Source: Balanoglossus misakiensis | Lineage: Eukaryota; Animalia; Hemichordata | Length of the DNA stretch: 64,000 nt | Assembly (NCBI GenBank): GCA_040954595.2 | Contig: CM082583.2 | Span: 12,201,222 to 12,265,221 of the forward strand | Direction: 5' to 3' | In this document: in pieces, positions 1 to 15,300 of the stretch | Numbering within the stretch: position 1 is the first letter of the stretch | Layout of the letters: each line of letters opens with the position of its first letter | Position numbers and translations under genes: made by a program | Notes under the pieces: generated by a model | What the model saw: only the letters and a program-made list of their open reading frames with translations | The model's database searches: none | Told to the model about the DNA's origin: nothing

Positions 1-2
1 AA

Positions 3-308
3 TCGTGCCAAATTAACCACACGAACAACGACTATCAGTTCGCCAATGCCTGCTCGTCGCTGAAGCCGCCGTTCAACCAGACGCCGACACTACCGCTGCC
101 AATCAAGCCGACCATCCACGGAGTTGGTCCCTTAGCCTCCAATTCTGCCGTCCCCGCCGCCCACAGCCACACGGGAGCCCTGGTTCCCGCAGCCTCGACG
201 ACGTTAGCGGGACACCCCCACCATCATGTTGGACACGTTCATGTTAGCAGCCAGAACTCTACCATCACCACCAGTACACTCATGCCTTCGCTGAATCATC
301 CTCGCTGA
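3..308 (+). CDS. FoxB: 5'-truncated C-terminal 101 aa of a forkhead transcription factor, most likely FoxB
   Basis: The frame is open from the window edge to TGA 306-308: SCQINHTNNDYQFANACSSLKPPFNQTPTLPLPIKPTIHGVGPL...GHPHHHVGHVH...LNHPR*. It is GC-rich and followed by an AT-rich UTR-like region. The motif LKP-x3-QT-x2-LPLPIKPT resembles the vertebrate FOXB1 C-terminus as I recall it (LKPLCHAAGQTLPAIPVPIKPT). The forkhead domain lies outside the window, so the identity rests on this motif. Confidence 0.68.
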   Translation, partial: SCQINHTNNDYQFANACSSLKPPFNQTPTLPLPIKPTIHGVGPLASNSAVPAAHSHTGALVPAASTTLAGHPHHHVGHVHVSSQNSTITTSTLMPSLNHPR

Positions 309-3300
309 CCGAGTTCAAGTTCAGCCTCCATTGTTGTTGTTGCATTCTGACACAACCCCCGGGACGGGAGAGAGACAAAATAACTGGTGCGTTTTTATTC
401 ATCTGTACATAAACGTTTGTGTATAACATTGTCATTTGGTAACTATTTACTCTGTTTATTATGACTTCTTGATTATCGAGTCAACCGTGTATTTAAAAAA
501 ACAAAATTGTTCATACCACGGGGTTTCCTTGTATGTCAAGTTCAAGGCAGGGTAGAGTTGCGTAGCTGCATTAAAAATTGGGGTTTCAATCACTAACGGA
601 ATGCATCCAAAACCTTATTTTCCGCAACCAAAATACACTCTCCAATCATGACTGGCTCTTTTGGTTTCTCAGATTTTTATTGAGTCAATTGGTTGCTTTG
701 CTTGTAGTTGTTTGGAATCTTGCAACTGAGGGGAAGAAAGAGTGAGCTTATGAGGGAAAAAATTCTATATATTACTTTATGAGAAAGTGGGTGTCAGGAC
801 GATTATATGAGTGAAGGGGAAAGAATTAAGAATAATCTCTGGTAAGGAATTGTTAGTTAAGTAGGCGCTGAGCAGTAGTATCGTTGGCAAGAGTGTTTGT
901 TTTATGTATCTGTGCAACAAACAATCGAGAGAGATGTGTTTTTCACTCCCCCACGGGATGACCCAGGCGACGTGTGTGCTTTATTTTCTCTCTCACACAC
1001 ACGCAGACACAAAACGGTCATTGTGTGAAATCCGCCGGATTTGCTCTGAAATTCCGGGGTGAGATAGACACGCGTAGGGCAGAATTTACAGGAATTATTG
1101 CATTAGGCGAAGTTAGCCCCTTGTGAGGATATTATAATGTCATTTGTCGTCAACCAAACACTGAGAGCATATACAGCAATAAGCCGCCGTATCATGTCCT
1201 TGCGTATTCCCATGTAAATCGCGTCTTCCTTTGAATTCGCTTTCCCAAATCATTGCCAAACTAATGCACATTTCAATCGAAATCGACAAGGAAATCCGCT
1301 GTCTTGGAAAATTTGCTTTGCACAATCTCACAGCGGACACAGTTATTATAGAACAAGCGTAGAAGTGCTTCAGATTTATACTATTTAGGATATTTTCTTT
1401 GATTTTTATTATTTGGCGAATTATCCTGTCTGGGTTTTTACACACCGATTCTATGTTTTCCTATAGTGATTCAAAAGATTTAATTGTTGTAAACAAACGA
1501 GGCTCGCTTTTAGTGAGCTCAAATAATGTGTCACCTCCCTGATTATGTCTTCTTACTACCATTCAAATTCTCGAAGACCAGTGAATAAATCTATAGAATA
1601 TACCATGTCGTGTTTCCAAATTCGAAATCGTGCTGTTTTTTTAGTGTTTCTTGCTAAGAGATATTTTCATGTTGCATGGTGTGTGGCGTTTTGTGAAAGA
1701 GGTCTCCCTTGGTGGGGTGTGTGTTAGCTTGACTAACATGCAGTGGCTGCAACGCCATTTGTATTGACGTCGGGTATTGGGCGCTGTAAATACGAGGCAT
1801 CGACTTCATCTTCTGTCGCTTATTTTTCCGCCCTATTTAACGCCGCTAACCGCGCTACGTGTCCCCCACATGGATGCTCTAGCAGACTAAACGAGCGATT
1901 CTCTCAGTGGCAAGCACCGTGTTTTTTGAGGGAACCGTCACGCGATTGTAGTAATTAAGCACGGACATCTAAATGCAAATTCAACGTCGCACTCTACTCC
2001 AAAATGGTCGGATTGACTGTTTCCCCGGTTGGGAAAAAAACTGTAATTGTGCTAGACTAGTCCACGTTTAGATCCACATAAAACGTATTACGAGTGTGCG
2101 AAGCGCGAATTCTGATGTGATCAAGCTACCACCTCAGTGATTCCCAACGACGCAAACCGAAAACAACTCGCAACATTACGACAAATTCATTATAAAAAGA
2201 CCCAAGTGCTTGGGCAGTCAGTTGTATCGCGGGTCACGAAATATTTAACCCTGACACTGAGAGGTATATAGGCCGACAATTTATAACCCCCTTTTTTATC
2301 AGAACACAACCAATCTACGTTGACATTGGCCGAACAAGAAGTTGACACCAGATTACCACAATCGAAATGCAAACATCCTGTGCGAAAAAATAACCGTGAC
2401 AAATAAAACTAAATGTTAACTTTGTTTGAATTGATCTCAACCAAACACGTCGCAAAGAATGTAAATTTCTTTCAAAAATCAGTTTTAAATGGTCTATTTA
2501 TGTCACTCGTTTAGCCAGAAAGGGGGCAGTTGACTGATTATGACGTGATTCAAATTTATCGCTCTGTCACGTAATGGTAGACATGACTTACTATAGTAAA
2601 TAAGTTGAAAATGTTTTTTTTGTCTTGTTTTGTTTTTGTATTAATATTGAATGTCGCTCAAGCGAAGCCCTGCGATATCTCGACACACATCGACGCATGA
2701 TTTCGACATCTGTTAAACAAACCTTCCTCGGTACAGTTCATTAGGTCGCTCAGACTGCAAAACCAACATTTGTTCGAAGTTGTGTGTTTTTACCCGTGCA
2801 CTTGTTCGGAATAATGTGTCCAATTTAAGCGAAGGCTGGTCTTTTAATGCGATAGTCGACATACCGTTGGCCCGGCTACACATGCCGTTCGCAGCAACGC
2901 AAATAACTGTTCATCGTTTACAAATAGAAGAATTTTTGGTCACTCGGTGAGCTCGCCAACGCCGCCCCGAATTTGTCGCCCAGATGTGTTGCCTGGCTTA
3001 AGATGTATATAAAAAAAATCAAGGTGTGCGCGGGATAGATCCTAACTGTCGTCAGCTCTCAGATTCGACTCCAATCTTATGCAGGGCTTCTCTTTGTGGG
3101 ACAGTCTTTTAAAGTCTCGTCCATACAGTCACTCCAAAGTGATTTCGTCTTGAAATGGCCGAGTAGTGGACTTGAGTCCTCCAATGAAAGGTCGTGCAAA
3201 ATATCCCACTAGGGTAATTGCTCTGTAATTTTCTTATCATTACATTTTACGTTCGATTTCGCTCAATTGCGTCCCATTTTATTGCTGCAATTAGGTAGTA

Positions 3301-6300
3301 TTGCATTGTGTATGTAATTTTGTTTTTTCTTTAATTCCTACCTGGTCGTTTTATACACCAGTTTAACTCTTTCAAAAACTACTCTGGGAAAAAATGACAG
3401 AAATTAGGGGGTTTGATAGGATAATGTGGTAACGAGGTCAGCATTTGAGTTGAGGTGGATATGGAATCTAACCTGTATTTTCTTCTTTGGCATGGTATGA
3501 ATCAAAGCTTAGTGGAGTAGTAACCACATAGTTTAAGGCAATAGGCAGCAGCGAATCCGTGACGCTGCGTGACTCTTACACCCGAAACCATACATTCCGC
3601 ATGTGGCCCTGGGTGAAGCAGAATGCCACACAACAATTCCTGGAGACGCTAGGGTTGTCCCCCAAGTTCAGAAACAGTCCAGGCCGTGGAAATAGACGCT
3701 CAGAATTGTGCTGGAGTGTTTGCGAGTAAAGCGCTGACAGTGTCGAGTCTGACCTCGACGCCGAGTGAATCATAATGGCGAGTGTGTTTTGCGAGAGAGA
3801 AAATCGACTATTCTTCAAGACCGCTGCGTGGTTACAGAAAAAACTGAGCTCTAGCGTGAACGCTCGGTCGTTTAGAATGCGAATTGCTTGTTTTTAGGGC
3901 TTTCCCGAGTCTGGGCCGGGGATACAAAGGGCAGAAGTGGAAGCCCCGGCTTCTACCTGGGCTGCCAGACAGAATGGCGCCAGGGCCTTTGTTTGCCATT
4001 TATGACGTGTACTCATGTCGGATTTCCCCCACCAACCGGTGCCAGTGAGACTTTGTACAATGGTGGCTGTGAACACAGTGTGGAACTCTCGCACAGGAAT
4101 TTGCTCTAAAATGCGGAGATCTGAAAATTCGACGAGAATTACCAAAAGCGTGTTGTTTTTTCAACTAGAACCGCGGTGCTATGGACAATAACATGTACAG
4201 AGTCGGTCCAAGGGGTCATAAATTTTCGACAGTGCGATTACTCGGCCCAGTTTTCAAGTTGCACACGTACGTGTCATTCTGCACGGTTTCGAGTTGTCTT
4301 TGCTCGGTCTTTTCGGTGGTGTTTTTTGGGGAATCTATTTTTTATCTTCTAACTAGACCCTTCTGGGTCGGATCAATCATTTTAATATTAGCATTTTCAA
4401 GAAAGGCGAGATGATTAATTTATAACAAAAAAACGTATTCGGTATATTGATCGCTAATTAACGCTGGCCTTTTGTCGATAACGAAGTTATGTACAGAATG
4501 AAGATGATTGAATTTTCGTCAACAATCGCCATGTTTTAACTGACGCAAGGTGTGAAACGGCTAGTTACGTCTAATCCCCAATTAAATGGCCGTATTCACA
4601 CCGATTGTCTGTCCGCGTTTGTGCAGCGTATTGGCCATTCGCACCCGCTTTTTGTCGGTATATGTAAATTTAGCGGGACACTTAAGCCCCCTTTGTGGCG
4701 TAAAACAATGGGAACGGAATTGAAACCGAGAAAACGTGTGAAAAGTTCTTTTCTCTAATTTGGCAACAAATAACTCCACTGTGTATTCAACTGACCTCTC
4801 AAAAGCCAATGCCTGGACCAATCACTTTAAAAAAATAAAACCATTGGAATACCGACAAAGTTCAAGATTCAGTCACTTTTCTATATTCAAGTACGCGAAT
4901 CATTTTCTCTATTTCTTTTCTTGAGATAAAATAAATATGTAATGGCGGTGGCGACAGCTTATACGCAACAAAAGATTCAGAAAAAGAACTGGTATTGCTG
5001 TCTGATTTTTTTTCATTCTCTGTCAGCTTAAACGTTCTTTGATAGTGCTTAGCCGAATGACTCAAATATTATAATCCAATTGAAATGGTAACCACCGCAT
5101 AAGTTGGGAAAGTCATCTAGACAGTCGTGTCGAGGAAACGTTTAATTTCACAATTTCAAAGTTGTTTTGAAGGGTGTGTGTGTAACCATTCATGGCGTCC
5201 ATATTTAGAAGAGGGTACCAGTCGGACAGGGGTGTTACCAAAGCGAACCGGGACTATGAGAAAGAAATCACGCCAGATTTTTTTTCTTGGGAAAGGAGTC
5301 GATGTTGCAAAAGCCCCACTCAAGCTGTCTTCCACCGGACAAGACAGGCATGGAAGTAGAAAGTAAAAAAAAAAAACGATGGGAACAACAGTCGCGGGGA
5401 ATTAACTTGGTCCGAGTGTGCACCGGCGGTCGTGATGGTGGTATAGATACGAAACTTGGTTTCCCGAGCGAGAAACACGGGCGGTATGATCAAAATTCAC
5501 CAAATGTGATATTTCAGAGGTCGTCAAGATTACACTGCCCTCATCTACGTGATCCACGGTGTCACCCTTTTCCCAACAATTGGGGTTCGCATCCATAGTA
5601 TTTGTTTTATTCCATTCGTATTATTTATTCTATTTTTCTTAATTTCTTCTCTTTCTTTTTATTTCCATATATGTATGGTTTAGTGTCGGTTTAAATTAGG
5701 GGTGTTTTTTTTCCAAAGGGAGGAGGAGAATAAATGTTGGTTTAATAGTACCGTGACAGACTGCCATCTCTGACGACGCTTGAATGAACAACTTTGGGAA
5801 AATTATAATCCAATTTAAGTTGTGATCACTGCATAACTTATGGGAATTGAATGAATGCTTCGGATCGTGACGCTAGGCAGCGTTAGTTTCGTTTTTCAGG
5901 AGATCGTTCCAAACGCTGTCGTTCCGTTGTATACCCGATTTCGCACGCTTGAACAAACCAACGCGATTCTGCTTTACATGAATATGTAGAAATAAATATA
6001 GTGAAGGAGTCATTCCATCGAGCGAGTATGCCGTTGTCCTTCGCAATCCCATCGCCATTGTTTCCCCGACGTTGACTTTGAATTCCTGGCACACATGAAT
6101 CAAAGACAATATTTTCACCTGTTTTGAATAAATTAACGATGTTAGCAAAGTCGTCCCCGGCCGACTGACATAATATTCCAACGACTGTATTAACCAGAGT
6201 CGCCTTGACGTCGCGGGCGCCGCGACCGGGGCGAGGCCTCGGTCACTGGCGACGCGCCGGGCTCAGATTTACTCGCATTCAAGTTGAACCGACTCGTCAC

Positions 6301-9300
6301 TAAGATCTGTACATTTGCCGCTAACACGTGTGTCAAATAGCCTGGCAATTTATGCCCAGTGACAATAAAAGAGTACGCTAAGGCAGTTAGAGGGGATGTT
6401 CAGAACATCAGTAAGGGATCTGAGAGAGGATTACATTCACATTATTGCTTATTGCTCAAGAAGCAGACAAATCACATGGCGAAACTCGCCCCAATTTGGG
6501 AAATAGAGATACATTGCAAAGAACGATTTTTCGGGCATGGCTTGTTAGACACTGCGTTAATACTGCAACAGCTGTGTCTGATGCTTATACGCAGGAAAAT
6601 TTAAAAAAAATCACAATTACAAAAATGGTCCAAAATGCAATGTTCGTGCAATTTCGACCATGAAACCTGCGTTCTCAATTTCATATTTTAGAGTCAAGTC
6701 CACATTTAATGGTTCAGCGCGGAGATTTGGATTATTGGAAAAGCTAAATTAATAAAATAATATAAAAACCTATGCGTTTAATCAGCGGATTAATTTTGAT
6801 TTCTCATTTAATATTTGTTCGCATTAACTTATGTATTAATCAATAACATTTGATCTACTTAAGTGAAGCTGGGAAGAGATTTGCAAGCTGTTTTCTGAGG
6901 AATGAAAATGTCTATGTTTGTCGCGGAGTATTTAAGTGTACGCCTTGCCTGGTGCTTCTTCACAAACGACATTGTCTTATTGTTGGGTGTGTTTTTCCTC
7001 CCTTTTGAAAATTGCTTACTTTTGACAAGGTGAAAACGTCGATCATTCTTTGTGTCAATCTGTTTGTGTGGTCCGCTGTGATGTTTAGTTGGGGCGGGAG
7101 TTCGCTATCGATCAGTGCACAAACTACAGCCCTATGAAGCTTGTGAGTGGGGCGACCAGAATAGCTTCTCACGCGTAATGGAGAGAAAAAGGGAGAAACT
7201 GGAAAATATTTTTATTGTACATCACCGAGCATATGGTCGTGTTTATGTGTATTTACCGGTGTTGCTGGACAATTTTGAAATGAGCGATATTTTGGGGCCT
7301 CAAAGAACAACAGGATGTTGGGCTTATGAAGTCGTGTGAGCTGCCGCATCTGGGCAAGGCATGCGAGAGAGCTTACTTCAACATGCGGTGGTGGAGAGAG
7401 ATATCTGCCCGGAGTTTACCTTTCCAATGTCAAGAATGGTCAATGAAACTGCCATCAAAGTCTTGAATCACGGTTCGTTCACACAAACACACACACAGCC
7501 CGGGGCAAGTCCAATAAGGCAGGGCGTAAAACTAATCGGGCCTTAGCGTGCTGCATAAACCAGGCGCTGTGAGTTCCAACCAGGACGAACCAGACGAGGA
7601 CGTGCCTTAATACATATTAATATTGCAATAAAATTATAATTTTAACCACTAAGATCCTAAGCGTGAGTGTTCGTGTATTTAACCCACGCTTTTCTCTTCA
7701 CCCGTGATGGAATGAGTGTATACTGTTTATGTTTTCTTGGCACAAAAGAGATCTCTCTCGCTTTCTTGGGCATTGTAAAACAAGAAGAGGACTAGGCCAC
7801 AGGTGGTTGCTTCCCTTCACAACCAAGTGCGAAAATTGACGCAGAAGCTTCTCACCAGATTACACACGGACAATGGCCGGATGAGAGAATCTGCTACTGT
7901 TTTACGCAATCGTATTTATGTCTTTCTCTCACACATTTAACACCAAGTCGCCCTTTCATAGAGGTGTGCGCGCACATCTGGACGGTGTCGTTGTCGCCGA
8001 AAAAAAGAGCAACCACGTCGGCAGAACTCAAACAGATGTTGTGAGTTTGGCCAGGTCACTCAAGTTAGCACCGAGACAAAACAAGCACTATTCTTGTGCG
8101 CTACTCAACATCGTACATTTACATTGAGAATTCCCCCCTTCCCCGTTCCTTTGTGACATGTTTGCATTGTGTGATAGTTGAATTGAAAAGGGTGCCGTTT
8201 GTGTGTGGGTTTTGGGGAAGATTGGAGTTGTTCAAAAAGGAGGCGACCCCACATAGTAATATACTTTATGACCAATACAAACAGTAGCAATCAAGCAGAA
8301 GACATTGCATTGCCCTATCCCTGAGCGCGACTGGGACCATCGTTGAACGGAGTGGAAATCCCCAATACCAACTGGCCACCACCGGGACATCCCAGTCCAG
8401 TTCCCACCAAACCGAGCGACAATATGACAAGTTAAAATAAGAAAGTTGTCGCACAAGGTTACTTTTTGACAGAACAAATAAATTTGCCTCGATGAAGCTA
8501 AAAAGAGACGGGGCATGGGGGTGCTTTTCTTCAACTTCAGCTTTTTAGGAAGGTGAGAGGCTATATATCCACACAGGAAAGCAGTCACGACATAACTGCT
8601 GGACAACAGAACCTGCAATGGCGGACGCCGGGCGAAGATCTGTGAATTCCGTCGGCAGAAATCAGCAGTCGCCACCACCACCACCGATATTCAAGTTGCA
8701 TTCAAGTTCGTCGACTAGGCGACACTGGCCGTTATCCCAGGTTGCCGGAGCAGAATTAATCAAAAAAATCAAGAAAGTAAATAGATAAGCACTCGTCTTG
8801 TGTGTTAAACTATGATGGATGGCAACCATGTGTGAATCCGTAATTGGATAGGTCTTACAAATAGTATGTGTTTGTGTTTGTCTGCTTGAACGTGTGTATT
8901 GAAGCGAGGTGTCGACAGCGGCCAACCTACACAAAAGCAACTTCATTCTTATTCATGACGTAGGGCTTCACAATAAGGTGGAAATTCCACTCATTTGCGA
9001 TTGTTTTTTTAACGACCCAGAAAATACACTATTCCTATCGCTGATTAAACACTCGAGTCGGACGATCGCCCTTGCTTGGGTTGTTTTATATTTCCAAAAC
9101 CAACAACAAATTATTTAATTAATATGCAGCGATTAACCATGCAAAATTAATGGCACTCTTGAAGAGAATGAAGGTGTGTATCGGGGTTTATTGAGCGCCA
9201 TTGCGCCGTTTAACTGCCCTCCTTTTACCGGAGCATCTGTTCTCTCGTTTGCGAGAACCCGACGGTCTACGGTGGCCGTTCCAACGCCGTCGTGCAGGTC

Positions 9301-12300
9301 CGGTGTTCAGGTGTCGGCGGCTCCGCTTCAAAGGACGGCACGACGGCGAACAAACACGCGAGGGGCGGCGGAGCGCTGGGTCTCCCCCCTATGCAAATCA
9401 AATGGTAATTCCCTTCGCTGTGTAGCGAGCGTCCCTGCTTCCGCACTCTAAACAAGGGGGTCTTTACGGGGACGCCTCTATTGGGTGCATGGGGCTGGGG
9501 CATTGTGAACGGCTTGATTGCCTTGTCAATACCAATTCACACTCTTCTGTTGGTTTAGTTGATCTTTAGTGAATGCCGCTAAAGTCAAACATTCGGTGAT
9601 TACCTATGTAATGATATCAGCCCCCGTTCGTTTACTCTGTGGTGGATTCGGGGGACCCTCCAGTCATTTGCCCATACAATAATTGCCTTTGATTAATAGC
9701 CGCGATCAAAATAGTAGTGCACCGCGCCGAACACTGGGGTTAACACCGGAGCTATATATTCGCCCCTGCCTTTACAAATCGCCACCTTTTGAAAGACACG
9801 GACACGGCTGCTTGAGAATTGTGAAAGGGAGACGTCACTTGGCAACTGATCGACATGCGGCAACAGAAGGAAAAAAACACAGTTTTTGAAGGCACTCTTG
9901 TACATGAGTGGGGTTAGGCAGTGATGAACTGAAATACTCTTTGTAAACTCTAAAACCCGCCACCTCTCAATGTTATTTACCACTCTCGACGAAATCAAAG
10001 CCAACCACACACAGACACGACCTCCACTAGTTTACGGACACTACTGAGTTTATGGACAGTTCTCTGGTCAACACGTGAGAATCTTAAGTGTGTGAACAAT
10101 CAAGCGACACGTAAGATCAGTCACACACATCGTTAAGTTGCCCCTGTCACACACCGGACTGAGCTATGTACACACAGCTGGGCCCCGTTACTAGCCTCCA
10201 CGACTATAAAATACCAAGAATATTGCTAATGTTTGATGAAAAAATTCTTTATCTTGGCAGCACATGTGTACATGTACTCCTTAATAGACCAAAGCCCAAT
10301 GAGCTGACTCGATCCCTTTTACAGCGCTTATACCCGCATGGCGAACAAAAAAAGCTCCAAGAATTGCCGAAAGGTCCCAAGGATGGGTAGCACGTAAGTA
10401 TAGTATCACAAGGGCGCTTTTCTATAACCATGCTCCCCGACCCCCCCCCCTCTCTCCACCTCGAAGCAAAGGCTCTCCCCCTCCCCTTGTTGATTTATGA
10501 AATCTCCGTGAAGTGCTTGTAAGTCCCAGTGTTGACAAACAGCTTTACCCGGTTCCAGTTGACGCACGGTTACACACCGAATGGGATTGGCCATCATATC
10601 TCTCCACAGTTCGTTGAAGACTCTACTACAGATGCCTCCGGACCGCCAGAGGTGTGAAAACTGGGCGGTCAACCCGATAGCGCGGCCATGACCTTTATAT
10701 TTAAATAAGGTAAACCGGAGGCTAACCCACTCACCGAGGCTGCAGGTCCGCCGCGCCCCGTCGCTAATTCCGCTAGCTCGTACTTTTTGCGCTCAATTTA
10801 TTCTCACTGCCAGGGATACATTTCTCACTGTCGCAAGCATTTGCTTATAGACTAGCTTTATTTGCACAATCGTTTTTTCCCATTGCATACCTTGGGACGA
10901 AATTAGACATGTGCAATGAAGGCGGCAGTCGCGGCGCTGAATTCCAAATCGGGCAGTTATCGCGAATCTGCAACGGCGCGATAAAAGTTGTTTAAGTTTG
11001 ACTTCCAGCGGAATGGCATTTATTTAAACGATGTTTTTCACGCCTTGCGACGAGGAAAATTGGATTTGGGGGGATCTACAGCGGCTGATGGAAAGCGATT
11101 TGGGAGTAATGGATACCAGAAGACTTTGATTAAACTGCCCCGGTCTCACGTCTCCAGCAAATGCGTTCATTTGTACTGCTAATCCCTTAACGATATTGCA
11201 TGGCCTGGGAGCTAGTGCATAAAGCCCCGTCTAACACGTAATTACACACTCTAATTTCAATATTAGTAAAACTTTGCTTGCCGCGTGGAGATTTCTCTTC
11301 CCCGTCAAATGCAAACAACACTGGCTGGCGGTCACTACTCTGCGAATATTTATGATACCCACCCGTGCTAATCGGGCTGCAAGCCTGCCAGATATACGAC
11401 GTGATCAACCTGAGTTGTGTTTTTTCCGTGTCGTTTAGCGCGCGCACGTGGCAGGCTTCTAATCTTCGCGGGTTTAGGTGAGAGATTCATGGGATAAAGT
11501 CTAGTGGCTAGAGCATGCAATGCAGAAAGTGATTCACCAAACACGTGATGTTCTCAAACCATGGAGACTTGTCAGTTTACATCATAGCATCGAGAATGAT
11601 CACGAGAGAGAAACTAGAGTCAATATCTTTACATTTCTACCTATTTCCTCCTAATCAATAACGTCATCTAAGAATGCGCAATTTACTGATGTGTAAGACC
11701 ATATATTTATTTCAGTTGGTTTGTTGACTGAAGATCATGGTAACTTTGATTTTTTATTCGGCCGCGTTGACAGGTTAGATGTACTTTCCAAAACAGGATA
11801 TAAATATTGAACGTGCACTCATGCACATTAAAGACACTTTGCTGTCAGCGTTCATTTCTTGTGAGATTTGAAGTTTGTTGTCAGAGGCAACAAAACTCAT
11901 AAATTATGAATTCATCGGCCAGCGCGCCCAGTTTGATTAATAGTGTAGACGGAGCTAACATCTACCCCATAAAAATTAAGCGAAGGCGAAGCACGACAAA
12001 ACTGAAAAGAAGCAAGGGTGCTACAGAGAACGAGAGCCGGGCACGCGCTGGCTGTCGTGTATACGTCAAAACTATCATCGCACGGGGAGCGCCATCGTAT
12101 GTGTGAACTAATGTGCGCTCGTCTGCCCTGGAGGCACTTTGCAATAAAAACACAAAGGCAATGCAGGTTGAATGAAATCAAACAAGCCATAGTCGTTCTT
12201 TAATATAAGAAATGAACATGTATAGAAATTCCCCCGACGCTGAACGTTACAAGGCGATTTCAGTGTATAATATCCCCCGTCTCCGACAAACGATGGCGTG

Positions 12301-15300
12301 ATCAATGGCTACGGAGTCTCGTTTATCACTCTGCGCATGATTCGAATACATCGCACGTCAACCGAGTTGGTTTTCAAAGGAGGAAAAAATGTGTGTATTT
12401 GAAATATAAAAGAGGTAGCGTTTTAAAAGGCAGCAAAGAAAACGACGATTTATTTGACTTAGGAATTACGGCCTTCTCTCCCAACCAAAATTTACGACGA
12501 TTCTCGGTGCATGAAAACGTTTGATGTCAGTTGGGGGCATTTGAGGCGGGAATAAAACGTGAAAACTACGATTGCGCGCGTCGCGACGGACCTGAATTCC
12601 ACCATCCCCCCATCCTCCGTTTGCTCTGTAATCCCAGAACAGTTCACCGTGCCGAAACGAAAAGGGTGCGCTGTTTATCTTCGTGACGGCGCAACCAGTT
12701 TACGGAGAACGGCTTTTTACAGGGGATTTGTTTATTTGTGTGCACGCACCGTTTGATTAAGGGATTTGCTGTAAATAATACGGTGTGAAGAAGTCAGGGT
12801 GTAGAGGTAAACCCCGCTATGTCAATTTACCAACACGGGCGAAAGTGAGGGTCGGCCTGAGTCAATATGTATTTTGGCGGGAAGGATCAGCAACAGCTGT
12901 GTCCTGATGAGCCAGACGAAGGCCGGCACCCCACTTCTTTTCAGCTACGACGCAAAAATAATCGGTCTGGCATACTAGTAATACTGGGCTGTAAAATGGC
13001 ACCCGGTGTCTCTATAGCAACAGAAAGGCATCCACGTTAAAATTTTAATATTATTCTCTGATGGAATTGGACGGAGGAATTAATGGGAGTCTACCACCAT
13101 ACAATGCCTACTCCAGGTTTTTTTTCAGATTCAAAAATCATCGCCAATCCAGTTCTTAGTTCTTCCTTGTCATAAATTTTCACTATCCTCAAAGGACAGA
13201 GTCCAACTATTAATGTCACGGCCGTTGTCGCACGTTTTGTTTTAAAGAGGACAATAAATCTACATTTATCATCGTAAATATTGGTCGTGATATTAGCGTC
13301 TATTGTCTGACAACGTGAATGGCGTTGAACAACACCATCTGCACCCGACCCTCCACGAGAATAAAAATGGGGGGGGGGTGCACGACTATTCCATTGTTTG
13401 AACAAAACAAAATGACAGACAGTGGGTGCACATGAGTAAAGTACAATGCCATGAACTCGGCTGACATTTGGACATACACAACCATGTCCAAAAATAGTTT
13501 TCCAATCATGCTTTCCCTTTCAAACGAAACAGCAACTTGGACATTGGAGAACCACCTGTTGAAATGAATGAGGGACTTGCCCGGATATGAAATATCAGTC
13601 AGTCAGAGAAGAAAATCCCTCTCGGTGACACAGTGCCGTTGTGTAGAGTGTGGATAATATTGGTTCAACCAGCTTGAGTTATGGACCCAGACATAAAAAA
13701 AAATATCATTCGAAATGGCCGCGTGGCGCCCATGTTGAATCCTATCGTGAGACAAATTGGTGTATACGTGTGCTCATACTATTATTATTTCCTTTTGCAA
13801 AAGTATGAATGAATGAAATCGCATCAAGAATATTTGAGTTATGATTCCTGGAGGACGGACGAACCACAATCTGAGTCCCCCACGTCTTCAAAAAAAAGAC
13901 AAAAATGTTGCCGGCATATAAATCATCATCGATGACATTACATCAGACGACATTATACAACATCATAAATTAAAGCGAACATTCTGTCCTTTAAACTTTG
14001 CGGGCTGTTTTATGGAAGTGTTATTTTTAGTATATTCGGTAAAAAACAAACGCGTCGTATTTTATAGTGGACGTTTCAAAGGCTGGTGGGGCGTCATTTT
14101 TTTCGAGTTTGTTATTGCTGTAATAAAGACTCGGAGAATATACATGTAACTACGCCAGCTTTGAATGGATATACTGTACAATGTCCTGTCTTGTTTGAGC
14201 AGTTGAATCCGGTGCATGCGCAGTGATACAGTGCAGTGGAACCAAATCTCGTACAGTGCAGATGATTTTACGGTCATTGCAAGATGGCCTATGGAATATG
14301 GTTGGACAACAAGAGACAATTTATACTGCCCTATTTGCTCGAAACAACCTGTAAGTTGGATTTTAATCACATGACAGGGACATGTACTCGCTTGAATAAA
14401 GGGAGCTTTGCCGGTGAAGATGCCAGCCACAATATGAACCCGGCTTCTGATTGGATGATGTAATCCACTCCGATGCAAGCATTTTACATTCCTCCAATCA
14501 GCGACCCGCTTGCTTATGAGTGATGACAATAATGGACCCTGGAAATGTTCATTTCCACACAAATCTTTTCTCGTAAAATTTTACGACAGCATAAACAATT
14601 CCCATGAACATAATGATCATAAACACTCCCTCTTTAAAGAAATAATACCCGTAACTATACTGACCAGGAAATTTACACTAGGAGTAATTTCGTCAATACG
14701 CAAAATTTGATCACCAGAAGGACATTAATTTTCGTTACTTTAGGCCAACTTTTTTTCGCTAAATCGCAACAAGTCAAGATGCTATGTACCGCTGTCGCCT
14801 TTTGGGAGAATTCAAAAAAGAGAATTTCATTAATTGAATATGACGTCACAGTTTCAATCCGCCTCCAAGAACATATGAATCTCCGACCAAACCATATGCC
14901 GTGCACAGTAAAACGAATGAATTATACGCTCATGCCGTGGTGACACAGTGCGCATGCGGAGAAGTCGACTCCGCGAAGCGTCAAGACGGGAATGAAACCA
15001 CACAATGAATGAGCGCTCCCGGGCAGAACAACAGAAGAGGCTTTCTCTGAGGTGTTTCGGGTCAGGCCAAAGTTCAAAGGTTCAGGCGTTTGAAATATAG
15101 CTACCATGTCCTACACTGGAAAACTGAAAAACCAAGCAAAGCAGGAAATATCTCGATGACGTCAGTAGTGCAGAATGTATGATATGATGTCATCGAAATA
15201 CACAGGTGTCTGGCCCAAGTGTCCTCTACCTGTTGATCATACAGATTTTTGTCTCAATCATTGAACAGATCAAACAAACACAAAGGTCACGTAGCTTTGG

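Noticed and set aside
12904-12927. Hammerhead-like CTGATGA-GCC...GGC
   Set aside because: The required GAAA after stem II is absent and no stem I/III with a cleavage triplet can be formed.
13068-13087. TGGACGGAG, the 5' end of miR-184 (also a miR-7-like TGGAAGAC near 58648)
   Set aside because: Only 8-9 nt match and there is no proper precursor hairpin.
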